A stretch of DNA of 63,610 nucleotides, counting the filler, from Octopus bimaculoides (taxonomy: Eukaryota), in assembly GCF_001194135.2 (NCBI RefSeq). It is 5 parts of 3 records of this genome, joined end to end, with 100 filler letters (N's around TTAATTAATTAA, not from the genome) between each part and the next. Parts side by side here need not be neighbours in the genome. Positions count along the whole stretch, not along the records: positions 1 to 30,819 come from NC_068981.1; 4 more parts are not named here. One strand, written 5' to 3'. Below the pieces are notes generated by a model. It saw only the letters and a program-made list of their open reading frames with translations, made no database searches and had not been told where the DNA came from. Position 1 is the first letter of the stretch; every line of letters starts with the position of its first letter. Positions 1-12,772 of the stretch are shown here, piece after piece. The translations under genes and the position numbers were made by a program.

Positions 1-345
1 TGTCACCTTTACTTTTGTAGCAGTTGACTATGGTGCTGCTACACCAGTCATTGAGTAAGACTCCTTCGTGTATCACCTGGTTCGTAATACGGGTGACTAG
101 GCTATAGCCGACACTGCCAGATATTTTGAGCATCTCTGCAGTGATTCCTGATGGACCGGGGGCTTTCCCTGTCTTCATACTCTTAATTGCTTTATTTACC
201 ATGGTACTGTCAACTCGGATAGCTGGTCCCTCTGTTGGGTCGACATACGGCAGACTCTCTTTCTCCCATTCATTCTCTTTATTAAGCAATCTATCGTAGT
301 GGCATCTCCAGACCTCTTTCTTTGCAGCCTCATTTAGAGCAAGCA
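1..345 (-). mobile_element. RTE-clade LINE ORF2 fragment (intronic)
   Basis: Minus strand reads VNKAIKSMKTGKAPGPSGITAEMLK...DWCSSTIVNCYKSKGD, the typical pre-RT region (KAPGPxG, W..S.IV..YK.KGD) of RTE-like LINEs; runs off the window start. Confidence 0.8.
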
Positions 346-527
346 TACCATCGTGTGTCTTGTTTTCTTTTTTCGGATCAAACCTTCTCAGAGATACATT
401 ATGTGTACTAAATGCATGAGTAAATCCACTACATTACACATACGAGACGTTGTTTGTAGTAGGCTAACATTTCCAAGGAAAAAAAAAACTCAAATGAAAA
501 AGAAACAGCTGTTAAATAATTACTCAC

Positions 528-663
528 TTGTCATTTTTTATGTGTTCATAAAGTCTTTTGAACTGGCGTGCTTGAAATATGCTGGCTACTGTCATTACAA
601 TCATTGCCAGTAGCATCGGGTAGATTCTTCGCAAAACAATATTCTGGACAGTGGGATTAAAAC
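528..663 (-). CDS. MARCHF6: MARCHF6 exon (G)FNPTVQNIVLRRIYPMLL...RQFKRLYEHIKND(K); last visible exon, terminal exon lies left of the window
   Basis: cag acceptor 666-664, gtgagt donor from 527; RRIYP and RQFKRLYEHIKNDK match the MARCH6 C-terminal region; phase 1 in, phase 2 out. Confidence 0.95.
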
Positions 664-1500
664 CTGTAGTAAAACAATAAATAAAAAGGCAAACAGATTT
701 AACAAAGAGCAAAGTCTTCAGCTGGTTTATTCAAGCAGAAAAATTCAGTTTATTCCAACATCAGTTTCAGTGTAACCGCTGTGGATTTGATTACGTTTTA
801 AGTCACTGATCATACAGAAGCTATAATTTCATAATCAATGATACTGACAAGTGACTCAGTGTCATTTATTTACCTCTGCCCCACTCACTCACCCCAAATA
901 AGCTGTTTGAATCAAGTTGTTGCAGCCCACATGTTGCAAGATGTTCATGATACATTTCAACAACTTGCAATAATAATTCAACATTTAAGAAAAACAAAAG
1001 CAAACTTTCACAAAGATCTTCTCCTCTTGATTAACTCTTAGATAATGGAGTGTTTCTTAGGTGCACCAAAGAAATGCTTCTGTGACTCAATCAAGATAAC
1101 CACACCATTGAGAAAATGCCATAGAAACTGGTTATTGAAGGTCTAGTTTGACACCAGCAGGCTGAAGAAAAAAAGAGCCAAGTAGGAAAGAGAAAATAAT
1201 AACTTCTTGGACAGGGATCATCTTCATTGGTTCAAGCATGAGAAGGTACAGCCATGAAGAGTGGATGCATCAGCAACAATGTAATGTGGTTGGCATCAGG
1301 AAGGGTATCCAGCTGTAGAAGCCAGACACTGGAGCATAACAAATTCCTCTGACCTGTCAGATCCTGTCAAACCATCCAGCATATGCCAGCATGGAATATG
1401 ATGATGCTGATGAAATTTGAGGTATTGCATCTTAATGTGATGCATAGAGAAAGAAGAAACACCATTACATTATGAATAAGCATAAAGATTTTCCTTTTAC

Positions 1501-1633
1501 CTAGAGCAGGAACAATAGTTTTTCCAATAACATAAGGAACAGCCAGAGCCATTCCTAAAGTAGCAATAACAGGGGCACAAAGCTTGAAGAGAATAAACCG
1601 GACATTCATATTGCGGAAACCATCATTGTAAAC
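1501..1633 (-). CDS. MARCHF6: MARCHF6 exon VYNDGFRNMNVRFILFKLCAPVIATLGMALAVPYVIGKTIVPAL(G)
   Basis: tag acceptor, gt donor, 133 nt, frame continuous with both neighbours; similar to human VYANGIRNIDLHYIVRKLAAPVI. Confidence 0.93.
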
Positions 1634-3111
1634 CTACAAAGAAATATTGAAGGACAATTTATTTATTGGCATTTGCATAGTGCTTATATTAAATATTGGC
1701 TACTAAGAACTGGAAAATATAAAACAAGATAAACATATAACATTAACCCTTTAGCATTCAGATTATTCTGTTAAATGTAATGCTTGTTCAATCACATTGT
1801 TTTGAATTAATCTTGCATTATTTCATAGCTTCAAGATTTTGATGATGTGGTAGTTTATTTTTAGAATGACATTGTAGGGTAGATGTGAGAGGGCCAGATC
1901 TGACCAGTTGAACATAAAGAAGTTAGAATATTTTGACTGGTTTAAATGTTAAAGGGCTAATAACAAGAATAAGATTATACAATATCACAGTAATAGTTTC
2001 TTACACTGGCACAAGGCCACAATTATTTAAATAGATACTAATATCTGACTGGAATTTATTTTACTGACCTAAGAAGTCTGAAGGTCAACTTTGATAGGAT
2101 TGCCTTTAACCTTTTGAGGTTAATAATCATAGAGAAAAAAATTAGATGGGCAAGTGCTTTCCTGTTGAAATAACTTCCCAATGAGATAAGCCTCAGTAAA
2201 GACTGGTACACAAATTTACATTTTTGACAGTAAAAAGTATTGATACTGTATTGAGAAGTTATATGAGAAAGGAAGGAATATATATGAATGTGAACAGAAA
2301 TACATCAGGACCCTACTTGGTACAGGCCTGAATAAAATATGATTTAATCCAACAAACCAATGTAGTTTCACTTCAAAAGCTTTTAACACACTGTACTTAA
2401 TACTATGTCCATCTGATCCAGTAGCTTAATCCATGCACAAGTCCTTAAAAGGATCTTGAAACTGCAGTGATATTTATACTTCTTTTATTGAAGAAACACA
2501 TGTATGAATCTGAAAATTATATTCGCTAGTTGTTTGTCTAAATATGTATATCTGACTTGGAAATATTTAGGTCTCTTCTACTGCAGAGACTAATTCATAA
2601 ACATATTACATACTAATATGTATTACATACATATCTATTGTCTTGAAAACCCGTAACACCATATAAAATAAGCAATAAGAATAGATAATCTACTATAAAC
2701 CAAATGTACAAAATAAGTTGATATGTAATAAAAATATTAATAATCTAAAAATTGCAGTTTTATTACATTACGGCATTTTTTTTTTTTTAATAAAGGGGAA
2801 TGGAGAAAAATGTTGCAGTAATTACTATATATCATATATTAATTTTAATCTTGATTTTGGCGAGACAAAAAAAAAGCTCGTATTTATAACATGAGTTTTT
2901 GAAACAATTTAAATTCTTTAAAGAAACTTTCATGAAAAGTGAATTATCTCCCTTATATTTGTTTTAGCAGTTAAACAGAGGAAGACACTCGTTAAGGTTA
3001 TCTCTACAGATTTTCAATAGAAATTATAACCAGCACTGATTTGTTACGAGGTTTCGTATCCGAATACATCTAATATAGATAACAATGTGACCAAAGATGG
3101 AAAAATGGGTA

Positions 3112-3163
3112 ATGGGTGTATATACCATATTTCAAGAGTTTTTGCTTCTTCATCAGCACCATG
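3112..3163 (-). ncRNA. Degenerate type I hammerhead motif in a MARCHF6 intron (sense strand)
   Basis: Minus strand: GGTG CTGATGA agaagcaaaaactctt GAAA tatggtata TA CACC. Stem II is imperfect; the motif is flanked by a perfect 16-bp inverted repeat (2998-3013 / 3209-3224). Confidence 0.5.
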
Positions 3164-4050
3164 TCCAACCCATAAACCATACATGAATTCATTGGTTAAA
3201 TAGCCACTAAATCTGTAGAGATAATCATAAGTGATCTAATAGCACTTCTAAGACAGTAGAATGCAGTACTGACTTATAATGCATAATGAGATACCACGTG
3301 CCAACAAGTCATTAATATGAGAAAAGACAGCAAAAGAAGGAAGGTGGTGTATAGTATTACTAGATCTTTGATTTGTATGAGAAAGATGTCCTGAATTACT
3401 TTTACACAAGTAGCATTAAAGATGAAAAATCATTATAATACCATCTTTTGGGTTATATTTTCATTGCAGGAGGAAGATTTATTTATAATTCAAAATATCC
3501 CGACAACAAACTGGATAAAACAGGAATAAGATGTAGTGTGCAAGAGAGATTTGTTGGCATAAATGTGTAATGCATATAAATGATGACAAAACTGGTAAAG
3601 AAGTACCAGGAAATCCAGATGGAAAGAACCAATGGAAGGCATGAATAGAAATGCACTCAAAATGCTGAACTTCAAAAAATAGTAAGACACTGAGTTGGGG
3701 AGAATCCATCTAACTCAGGCAAGCATAGAAAATCAGGTGTGAGAGTGGTGGAGGAGGAAAATACTACAAGGTATTCTATCAGGTGATCTACTAATTCTTC
3801 CACCCTTTTGATACCAATCCACCTGAAGCTGCTCCAGGTTTTATGACACAAACCTCTGGTTCTAAAGTTAAAATCTTCCACCAAAAACTAAGGTTAATTT
3901 ATGTTCCAAATACAGTTTAATAACAATTATTTGAGTAAATTTTTCGTTATTTTAAAAAATTAACTGAAACAAAGTATATTTTAACAGAAATATGGTAATA
4001 TTTCTATCATAGCTCAAGAGCACAAGGTAGGGCTTCCTAACATGACTTAC

Positions 4051-4140
4051 CTGCTCAATAGCTCGTTTTAACCACCAATGAGGACCCATCATTGTAATGG
4101 CGCACACTATTTTGGCATGGAGAACTCCAAGAGCCCAATC
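4051..4140 (-). CDS. MARCHF6: MARCHF6 exon DWALGVLHAKIVCAITMMGPHWWLKRAIEQ
   Basis: cag/gtaagt boundaries, 90 nt; DWALGVLHAKI is a MARCH6 hallmark. Confidence 0.96.
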
Positions 4141-4234
4141 CTGGAAACAAAATAATTTCACATAAAAATGGTAAAAAAATATATAAACAACACAATTCCA
4201 GCATCCATGACAGGCAAATCTTATCTGCTATGAT

Positions 4235-4640
4235 CTATGTGTGCTTTTATACACCAAGTGCCTAAAATGAGAGAATCTCTCAGGGGTTCTAACAAGACAT
4301 CCATGTTAAGTTAGATATAAAGATTGCCTTTTGGTACTAATACTGCTTCCATTACAAATAATTACTTAATAAGCAAATTGGCTATTTGCGACATGTCTGA
4401 AAGATGCTGATATCCTATATATTGCAGCAGCAACATCTGACTGGCATGCAGTAACTGCACACTTCCCAGATTATTTCCAATAGAATGAAATCACATAAAA
4501 TTGGAATTCCAGTGCGCACAATGGATGATCCATGTGTGTGCTTTTAAGCACCAAGCGCCTATATAAGAGGATCTCTCAAGGTTAATAATGCAGTATTTGA
4601 TGTTCTAACAAGACATCCATGTCAAGTTGGTTATAAAGAC
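4235..4640 (+). repeat. Diverged local direct duplication (~4235-4325 vs ~4535-4640)
   Basis: Shared TGTGCTTTTA..CACCAAG.GCCTA and GTTCTAACAAGACATCCATGT.AAGTT.G.TATAAAGA blocks. Confidence 0.7.
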
Positions 4641-5799
4641 TACACAATAATTTTATATTTTTGCTCCATTTTTAGATATCTACAGGGGGGAGGGTTAAAA
4701 ATTAACTCACTCCTGTGGGGTAGCTTGTGTTTCAATAAAAACTATTTTTACAACTGAATGCCCATCTATCAATCATTCAACCATGCAGTAGAAATGGAAC
4801 CTGATTTTTACCAATTTGGCAAAGTGAAGCAAGCACAGTTATGTAGGGTCTCTGTCAGTTGATATTGACCATCCATCTGCAAATATATGTGCAAGACTGG
4901 GCAAGATTTTTCTTTTGGGTTTACAGTTACCCATACATGGAAGTTTCCTTTCTTTATGGCATGGAAATTTACCCTGAGAAAGGACAACGTGTTGGACCAA
5001 TGCAGTTTGGCACCAGTATCATTACAGGTACTGATGTCAGAATACAAAGCGTCAGATACAGACACAGTAAGGCATTTTATTTAACCCTCCGTTAATTCAT
5101 CATCAGTGATTAGCACATCTTTTTATCAAACCTGGAAGGATGAAAGGTAAAACTGACCTTAGCAAGATTTGAACTTGCCCTGAAGCAAGCCAAGAAGATT
5201 ATAGCAAGATTTGAACTGTCAATCATGGAATCAGTAATCAAAATACTTTAACTTCACAGCTACTAATTAATATTTTCTGTAATTGTCCCTTTGAAAATAG
5301 TTAAGTATTTAGTACTGCTAGATATTTATTTTACTAACCCACTGAAAATAGAGGTACCCACAGTTAAGTAATGATTTTGTATTTCATTTTATGAATTTCC
5401 CCCCAAAAAGCATTTATATAGAGACCTTCAGTTGGATTACTTCCACTTCAGTGTTTGCAACCAACCACAGTTGCATAATTTCAAATATTACTATTGCAGT
5501 CACTGCATTGCATCTTGCTTTGGGTGTTGGCAGAAGGAAGGGCATCCAGTTATAAAAGCAACTGCTCTAAAGATCCTTCCCATATAAAAACACATATCAC
5601 AAAGTTTAGTGTTCTCATTGTGAATGGATCTCTAAAGATCACTGACTAAGAGGTGTAAGCCATCTCGCCTGCTTTGTCTGCTTAGGAAGCACTCAAGAAG
5701 AAAGAGATTTGGACTCAACACTGCATGTTAACAAACTAAAAGACCCGTTCTAGTGTTCTTGCTGCTTACAACAATAAACTGTATCACTCAAGGTCATCT

Positions 5800-6220
5800 A
5801 TTTACAAGTCGGTGATGCAGCAGGACAGAGAAACAGGGGCCGCCCACAGCTGAGGTACAAGGACATTTGCAGGAGGGACATGAAGGTGCTCAACATAGAC
5901 ATCAACATCTGGGAGGAACTGGTGGCAGACCGCACCAGGTGGAAAAGCACACTTCTCAAACAACTACAGATCGGTGAAGAGAAGCTGTCAGCTGCAACTG
6001 CAGAAAAGCAAGCCCAACATAAGGGATCGACAGCTGACAGACCAGAATCCACACACAGATGTGATCTATGTGACTGAGACTGTTATTCTCGCATTGGTCT
6101 CCATAGCCACAGGAGGTGCTGCACAAGCCAAGCAGCCCAACATAGACAATAAATGGACGGACGTGATACCCATGGTCAGCCATGACCAAAGGTGGCCATT
6201 TAATAGATGCAGCTGAGCAT
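5800..6220 (+). mobile_element. RTE-clade LINE 3' fragment
   Basis: GRPQLRYKDICRRDMKVLNIDINIWEELVADRTRW...CDLCD*DCYSRIGLHSHRRCC matches the RTE ORF2 C-terminus (GRP..RYKD, DR..W, SRIGL.SH). Confidence 0.85.
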
Positions 6221-6421
6221 CTTTGGTCATGCAGAGAGCAGGTGTTTCACCAATTGTGAAACACCCAATTGGCAGTTTGACAGCCTACCTTCTCTCAAAT
6301 AGCTTCACCTTTTATATCATTCTTATAGCAATAAAAGGTTAAGCAAAAAACATGGAATCTACAAATCATATCAAGTACAGGTTAAATCTGACAAATGAGA
6401 AATATTAAAAGAATAACTTAC

Positions 6422-6556
6422 CTGCCAAGGAAAGTAAAGAGGAGTCTGATCAATTGGAACTTTTAGTGGAACAACAATAACCAGCTCAAATAGCATCCCC
6501 AACAGTAATGGAATCACCCCGAGCAAAAATGTAGCAATGGTCAAAGATTCTAGAGC
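6422..6556 (-). CDS. MARCHF6: MARCHF6 exon ALESLTIATFLLGVIPLLLGMLFELVIVVPLKVPIDQTPLYFPWQ
   Basis: tag/gtaagt boundaries, 135 nt; matches human GVVPLLLGLLFELVIVAPLRVPLDQTPLFYPWQ. Not in the supplied ORF track. Confidence 0.95.
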
Positions 6557-6967
6557 CTACAATGCAAATCAAATATACAATTAAGAATTAAATTCAACTT
6601 TAAAATTATAGTTATGTAACTGTTCTACTAGTTTAACCCCTTTGTTACTATATTTCTGTTTAAATAGTCTACCTCTGTTTCATTAAAGTTTGAAATAATG
6701 AAGAAACTGCCATCGGAACATAAATTACCATGAAAATTTGATAGGCTTTAATTGAAATCACTTTAAAACAGAAATTCATATCATAGAACTAAAGCTAATT
6801 TCAAGCAAGCACACTTGTATCAAAAGGATTGACATAGCAGACAAATCCATTTCAACAAGCATCCCACTATCTTTAAATTGGAAATGAAAATAGGCTGACA
6901 AGAAAATCTAAATGAATGCTTTGTTCAATCAGCTACTTCTATGTCACAAGTCAACTCAACTACAGAT

Positions 6968-7130
6968 AATCTTTTCTACTCTAGGCACAAGGCCCGAAAT
7001 TTTGGAGGAGAGGGCCAGTCGATTAGATCGACCCTAGTCAACCTTGGCAGAATTTGAACTCAGAACATAACAAACGAAATACCGCTAAGCATTTTGCCCG
7101 GCGTACTAACGTTTCTGCCAGCTCGCCACC
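6968..7130 (-). mobile_element. tRNA-derived SINE family C (GGTGGCGAGCTGGCAGAAACGTTAG..GAGTTCAAATT..GGGTCGATCTAATCGAC)
   Basis: A/B-box-like head; related copies at ~22760-22925 (-), 30000-30260 (-), 35530-35660 (-), 43950-44075 (+), 52870-53010 (+), 53285-53450 (+). Confidence 0.8.
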
Positions 7131-7389
7131 TTACTCAACTACACATTATAAAAACATTATCAACAGCACAGAAGTTAAGCACTATATCAACTAACATCTC
7201 AGTAGCTTCCAAATTTACTAAGGCTTTGTTGGGGAGTGAGGTTACATGAAAGTAAAATTAGTGGCAGTAACGTATTATGGTGACTAAATGAAAACTAACC
7301 AAAATTTGGTACTGTGTTCACACAACATTTCTTGATTCACAGACCTTTATTTCTCATTCACAACTAATTATTGTTGGGACCATGGAACC

Positions 7390-7745
7390 ATGCACAAATT
7401 GGTCATTGGGCAACAGCTGAAACCGTGGGACCATGCACAGTGGCCTAACTTCACATGTCAGGTGGAAGCAATTTTTGAGGTGACCACCTCATTTCCGAGT
7501 TTGCTGACATTCCTTGGTTCCCTCAGTCCCCTGATTTGCCCATGTATGATTATTTCTTGTGGGGAAGCCTCAAGGCATATGTGTATGTGCATAAGCCCTG
7601 TACACTGGATGATTTGAAAGAAGCTATTTGCATGAAAGTCACCCAAATCATCAGAGCAATACTGGAGAGAATGGAGGCCAAGAATGCCTTCAGAAATGCA
7701 TCAATGAAAACAGACACCACATGATGGATGTAGTTTTCCACACCT
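7390..7745 (+). mobile_element. Degenerate Tc1/mariner-superfamily transposase fragment
   Basis: W.PQSPDL.(M)YDYFLWGSLKAYVYVHKPCTLDDLKEAI across frameshifts resembles the WPPRSPDL.P.D.FLWG.LK..VY motif. Confidence 0.75.
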
Positions 7746-8266
7746 GATTTAGATAAATGTTAATTCAATTCAAACACATTGATGTCAATAAAATTTGTTT
7801 GCAGCTAAAATTAATGATTTTGTGAATTTTTCAAAAACGTATTATAACTCATACTCATTATGAAACTGCTTGGTTAATTAAGACAATACACAACTCTGAT
7901 TTACTTTGTATCCATGTTCAAATTAAATGAAGAAAAAACCCTATTTTTGACCTACAAAGAATTCAATAAGCATTATTAAAAAAAAAAAAATCAGCTCAGG
8001 TGAATCTAAAGAAACTTTGATCACGTGATAATACTAATAATGACATTTAACCAGCTATTGTTTATTAAAACTAAGCTGCCAACTTTAAATAGCTATATCT
8101 GACAAATTATGGAATGAATTGACTTTAAACCCTCACACAATACAGTATATATAACATTGCTTATAACACAAAAGTTAGATGTTATATTTGTTTCTGATAT
8201 ATATTTCAAGAAATTTATGAACAAAACTCAGAATAACAGTGATAAAATTTTACAAAAGCAGCTTAC

Positions 8267-8448
8267 CAAAATAGCCCACTCTTTGAGCTTCTTCATGATA
8301 ACAGCGGTCCCTTGTGGAATCCAGTTGTAAAGTACAGTAGCTATTCTCAAAAGTAACCAACACATATAGAGACCACATGCAGCAGTGTACAGTTCATGGA
8401 CTTTGGCATCCCCCATCCAAATAGCCATTATTTTACGGCCAATGAAAA
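8267..8448 (-). CDS. MARCHF6: MARCHF6 exon (V)FIGRKIMAIWMGDAKVHELYTAACGLYMCWLL...KEWAIL
   Basis: cag/gtaagc boundaries, 182 nt; HELYTAACGLY motif. Confidence 0.96.
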
Positions 8449-9685
8449 CTGAAATATTCAATAATAGTATAATTCAATAGAAGAAAAATAGAGAAAAAAA
8501 CACCATTTATTTTTGTGTTTCCCTTTTTTTTTTTTTGGTAATGACTTTGATAAGGACTTATAATGCAAACCGATAGTACCAGCCAAGTGAAAAAGCAACA
8601 CATGCTGATAGTACCAAATATGAATAGCAGAGGAAAAGCTAAGACATAGAAAGAAATACTGAGGTCAGATTTTTGGATGTTGGGCTTAAAAATTCATATA
8701 ACAATATCAAATAAAGCAATAATATGCTATATTTTGGGCTCATTTAATCCATAGTAAAATTAATATTAAGATAATGAGCATTACATATGTTCTTNNNNNN
8801 NNNNNNNNNNNNNNNNNNNNNNNNNNNNNNNNNNNNNNNNNNNNNNNNNNNNNNNNTATATATATATATATATATTTAATTAGTAAATTGTTGAAGCCAT
8901 CAATTTACTATTAGATACCAATAGAATAACAATGGTTGGCATTGTAAAGTCTGAATCCATAACCATGTAGAACTAGAATTCAATATGTTAACTTCACAGC
9001 AAATTTGCCACATGTTGGACAGCAGAGCTACTCTATCACTCAGTTTAACACCACCACCCAGTCAATACATACAGAGAAGTTCATTCTGTAGCAAACATTC
9101 AGACCAGATAGTCAATCTCAGGATAACTCAATGAGTTACTTCCTATAGCAACAACTCGTGAATTAGGATTTCTTTCGCCATTTACCGTAGCCCAGCTGCA
9201 GAGGCTCTATTAAAAAGTCAGAGGTTTTAGAATAGGCCAAAAAAATAGTCCTGTAAAAGGTCACAGATACTGCATAAAGTGATGGGCAATGCCTATGTCA
9301 TTCCAGCTAAGCTATAAAACAATACAAAACTCAGTAAAGAAAATATCAATATTTCATTAGGTATTGGTTTTTAGCTGAAGCAGCTATAGCTCCAACATGC
9401 GTTTTTTGGGGGGTTTTATCACATTCATAATACTAAAAACCAAAGACAGATATATGACATATTCATATAATAATGATGAAAGTAATAGAAACAGGAACTT
9501 CAATTTCCTTAATTACACCCAACAAATATATATTCAAGCTGTTTCTCAGCCATATGACATAGCATGTCTTACAAAACAAATCGCTTATAAATTTCAGTAA
9601 ATTCTAAGTGAAATGAAAGATACAGTATGGATTTAACAGACAAGGGTTAACAAGGAACAAAAATAAAATTGTCTCCAAGACTTAC

Positions 9686-9755
9686 CTGGAACTACTAACG
9701 AGATCAAACTAGCAATAAATAAAGTGATACACATAAAGACAACAAGGAGGAATAC
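9686..9755 (-). CDS. MARCHF6: MARCHF6 exon VFLLVVFMCITLFIASLISLVVP(V)
   Basis: cag/gtaagt boundaries, 70 nt; matches human IFLLIVFMCITLLIASLICLTLPV. Confidence 0.94.
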
Positions 9756-11748
9756 CTGAAAAGATAAAAAGAAAAGAATTAAAATATCTTTTAACTATAT
9801 TGTGCTAATAATTCTGTTGAAATACACTTTCCTTTATTTCAATAAATTTTTATAATAATGAATTTAGTAAAATAATTTTTATTAAGCTGGTGTTTGAAAC
9901 AAATTAACATGAAATTTTGATGGAAGGTTTCAATTTAGATCACTTTAAAATAGGAAATTTGTATTGTAGAAACAGAGGTGATTCTCAAGTGGGTCAGGTT
10001 AAAAATACCTGCAGATTTATAAATGTATGTGTGTATATGAATGTACATGAATATCTATGAGTGTGCATGAGTATATAAGCAAGTACAAGCTTACATTTAA
10101 TATTCATTTTCTATATGATTTGCAGTAGTTTAGCCACAGTTCAGCCTTGACTAGGCATACCTATGATCAAAAGCATTCTAGTCATCAACATCCTTTTGAA
10201 TACTTAAGACTACACAGTCAAATCTGTAGACAAAGGAGTAATGTGAGGAAGATTTGGCAGGTATTTCTAGAAGATTGAGCAACACTTGAGAGGCTCAAGG
10301 CTTAAAGTTAAATGTCCTGCTTAAGAGCACAATACAGTAATTACTCAGTAAGGATTTTAAAATTCCAGCATTTTATCCTCACTGGAAAAAAATAATAAAA
10401 TCTATATTTTAGGCAAAAGTAACAAATTCTGGCAAAGAGTATAATCAATTTAATCGACCCTCAGTACTTAATACATTTATTTCATCAAACTCTAAATAAA
10501 TAAAAGACAAAGTGAACTACAGTGAAATTTGAACTCAGAACCTAAAAGGACTTATAAAAAAAAGGCTGCAATTTATTTTGTCTGCTGCTCTACTGATTCT
10601 GCCATCAATTTCTTTAAAGTAAATACATCATCATTGTCTAAACATCAATTTTCCCATGTTTGCATGGGTCAGACAAAGTTTATTGAGGTATGTCCTCACC
10701 CCCATTTTTACAGCTACTTTCCGTGTTTTATGGGTTGAGCAGGTTACCACAATCCCATTTGTTTTACATTGGGAGCCAAATGGGTCCCAATGTGATGAGA
10801 ATGAGACCGACTGATGCATATGTGATGAGAACGAGACAAACTGATATACAAGTGTGACATTTTGGATTGGTGTCTACAGCTGAATGCCCTTCCTATTACC
10901 AGCCACTTTACGGCAAGACAGAACTCAAGGGACTTCTTATCCCTACAGTTCTTTTCAGTCTTATCCCTACAGTGTGTACTGGATGGATTTTCCATGGCAA
11001 ATGCACTGCAGAGGTTGTCAATCCCTAGTGAGACAAGACAAAAGAGACCTCTTAACCCTTTTTCCACTGCATGTTCACTCATCACTCGAGGGTGCAGAGG
11101 TGAGGTGGCTTTCCATTGTAGCACCAGCAGAGCAGATGGGCTACTCTGTACACTGTAAATGTAGATAGTACACAGTAACCTCAGACACAGACTTTCGATC
11201 AAGTAATGTGATCAAAGAAGGGAAGAGGAAGAGAAAGCAATGACAGCAGAAAGACTAGAATGGATGGGTGAAAGGAACAGGAGTATGACAGTAGACAGAG
11301 TTACTAGAATAGACATGGGAGGGTAGTGAAGGGCAATAGCAGAAGTGGACAAAGGTGGGTGATAGGTAACAATAGAAGTAGCCCAAAAGAGAGTGATGGT
11401 TGGCAGCATAGAAATGGCGATGTTAGAATGTACTGTGTACAGATGTTTTGAAGCAACTTCCTATACATATTCCTAGTGATCAGAGAACGAGACAGAATGA
11501 TGAAAATGGTCTACTGTAGTCAAGGAAGATCTCATAAACAAAATACATTGTGGTATTTAATTATAAACCCTCTACATTCCAAGATGGAAATCCCAACCAA
11601 GTAAACAAAGCCTTTCTTTCATCATGCTAATGTCAATAGAATATAAGAACCTGCCAATAAAGTTAAGCACTGCAAGGTAATTCACTATAGCCTACAAGGC
11701 AGACCCAGTCCAATGACTGAAACTAGCAAAATAATAAACGTATGTATG

Positions 11749-11749
<1 letters not shown>

Positions 11750-11786
<37 letters not shown>

Positions 11787-11957
11787 TATATATATACAGG
11801 CATGATTGCATGGTAAGAAGCTTGCTACCCAATCACATGGTTCCGGGGACCAGTCTCACTGTGTCACACCTTGGCAAGTGTCTTCTACTATAGCCTCAGG
11901 CTAACCAAGGCCTTGTGAATGGATTTGATAAACGGAAGCTGAAAGAAGCTTGTCATG

Positions 11958-11990
<33 letters not shown>

Positions 11991-11993
11991 TTA

Positions 11994-12025
<32 letters not shown>

Positions 12026-12263
12026 TGTGTTTGTCCCCCCCCACTACTACTTGACAACTGGTGTTGGTGTGTTTACATCCCTGTAATTTAGTAATTTAGT
12101 GGTTTGGCTAAAGAGATCGATAGAGTAAGTACTAGGCTTTAAAAATATAAATCCTGGGGGTCGATTTGTTTGACTTAAAAAAACCCTGACTGAAACAAGT
12201 GAAAGAATAAAAGAATATATATATAATCTTACCCGTATAGAGAAAAAAGATGANNNNNNNNNN

Positions 12264-12298
<35 letters not shown>

Positions 12299-12471
12299 TA
12301 TATATATACAGGCATGATTGCATGGTAAGAAGCTTGCTACCCAATCACATGGTTCCGGGGACCAGTCTCACTGTGTCACACCTTGGCAAGTGTCTTCTAC
12401 TATAGCCTCAGGCTAACCAAGGCCTTGTGAATGGATTTGATAAACGGAAGCTGAAAGAAGCTTGTCATGTA
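11750..12471. other. Exact ~200-bp duplication (11750-11960 = 12264-12471) bracketed by ~10-N gaps; likely assembly artefact
   Basis: Both copies are identical, including SINE-divergent positions; the second copy is a mini-contig between two gaps. Confidence 0.8.
11797..11958 (+). mobile_element. tRNA-derived SINE family B (TGGTAAGAAGCTTGC..GGCAAGTGTCTTCTACTATAGCC..GGAAACTGAAAGAAGC)
   Basis: Related copies at 12310-12470 (+, exact duplicate), 19856-20005 (+), 25527-25667 (-), 38273-38390 (-), 44367-44540 (-), 50078-50180 (+). Confidence 0.85.
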
Positions 12472-12481
12472 NNNNNNNNNN

Positions 12482-12772
12482 GGGTGGAAGCTGCTGTGGG
12501 GGAGGGGGAGGAGGAGGAGCAGCTGCTTGGTTGTTGGTCTGGTCAGCTGGGTCGTTATTCACTGCTGCTGTTCCTGCCGCCTGAGCAGCAGGCTCATTGG
12601 CAACATCTGGTGCTGCTGCCGCTGCTGCTGCAGGCTCATTTCCAGCAGGTGCTGCTGCATTATTGTGCTGACCATCAGCAGCAGCAGCACCACCTCCACC
12701 ACCACCAGCTGCAGCACCAACACCAGCTCCAACACCTCCATTACCAGGTTGGTCTCCATATATAATGTTATC
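12482..12772 (-). CDS. MARCHF6: MARCHF6 exon, Gly/Ala/Pro-rich loop DNIIYGDQPGNGGVGAG...AAAPPPPPPPTAAST; 3' end lost in gap 12472-12481
   Basis: cag acceptor 12775-12773; open in phase 0 following ...GDIALTEQ; occupies the position of the human low-complexity loop after SYLLGD. The expected LHAAHQ...GFQPY segment was not found. Confidence 0.8.

Noticed and set aside
4808-5065. ORF with CP..Y...HNC pattern suggestive of a MULE/WRKY-like zinc finger; similar weak FLYWCH-like hint at ~3470-3640 (+)
   Set aside because: Too short and degenerate to support without a profile search.
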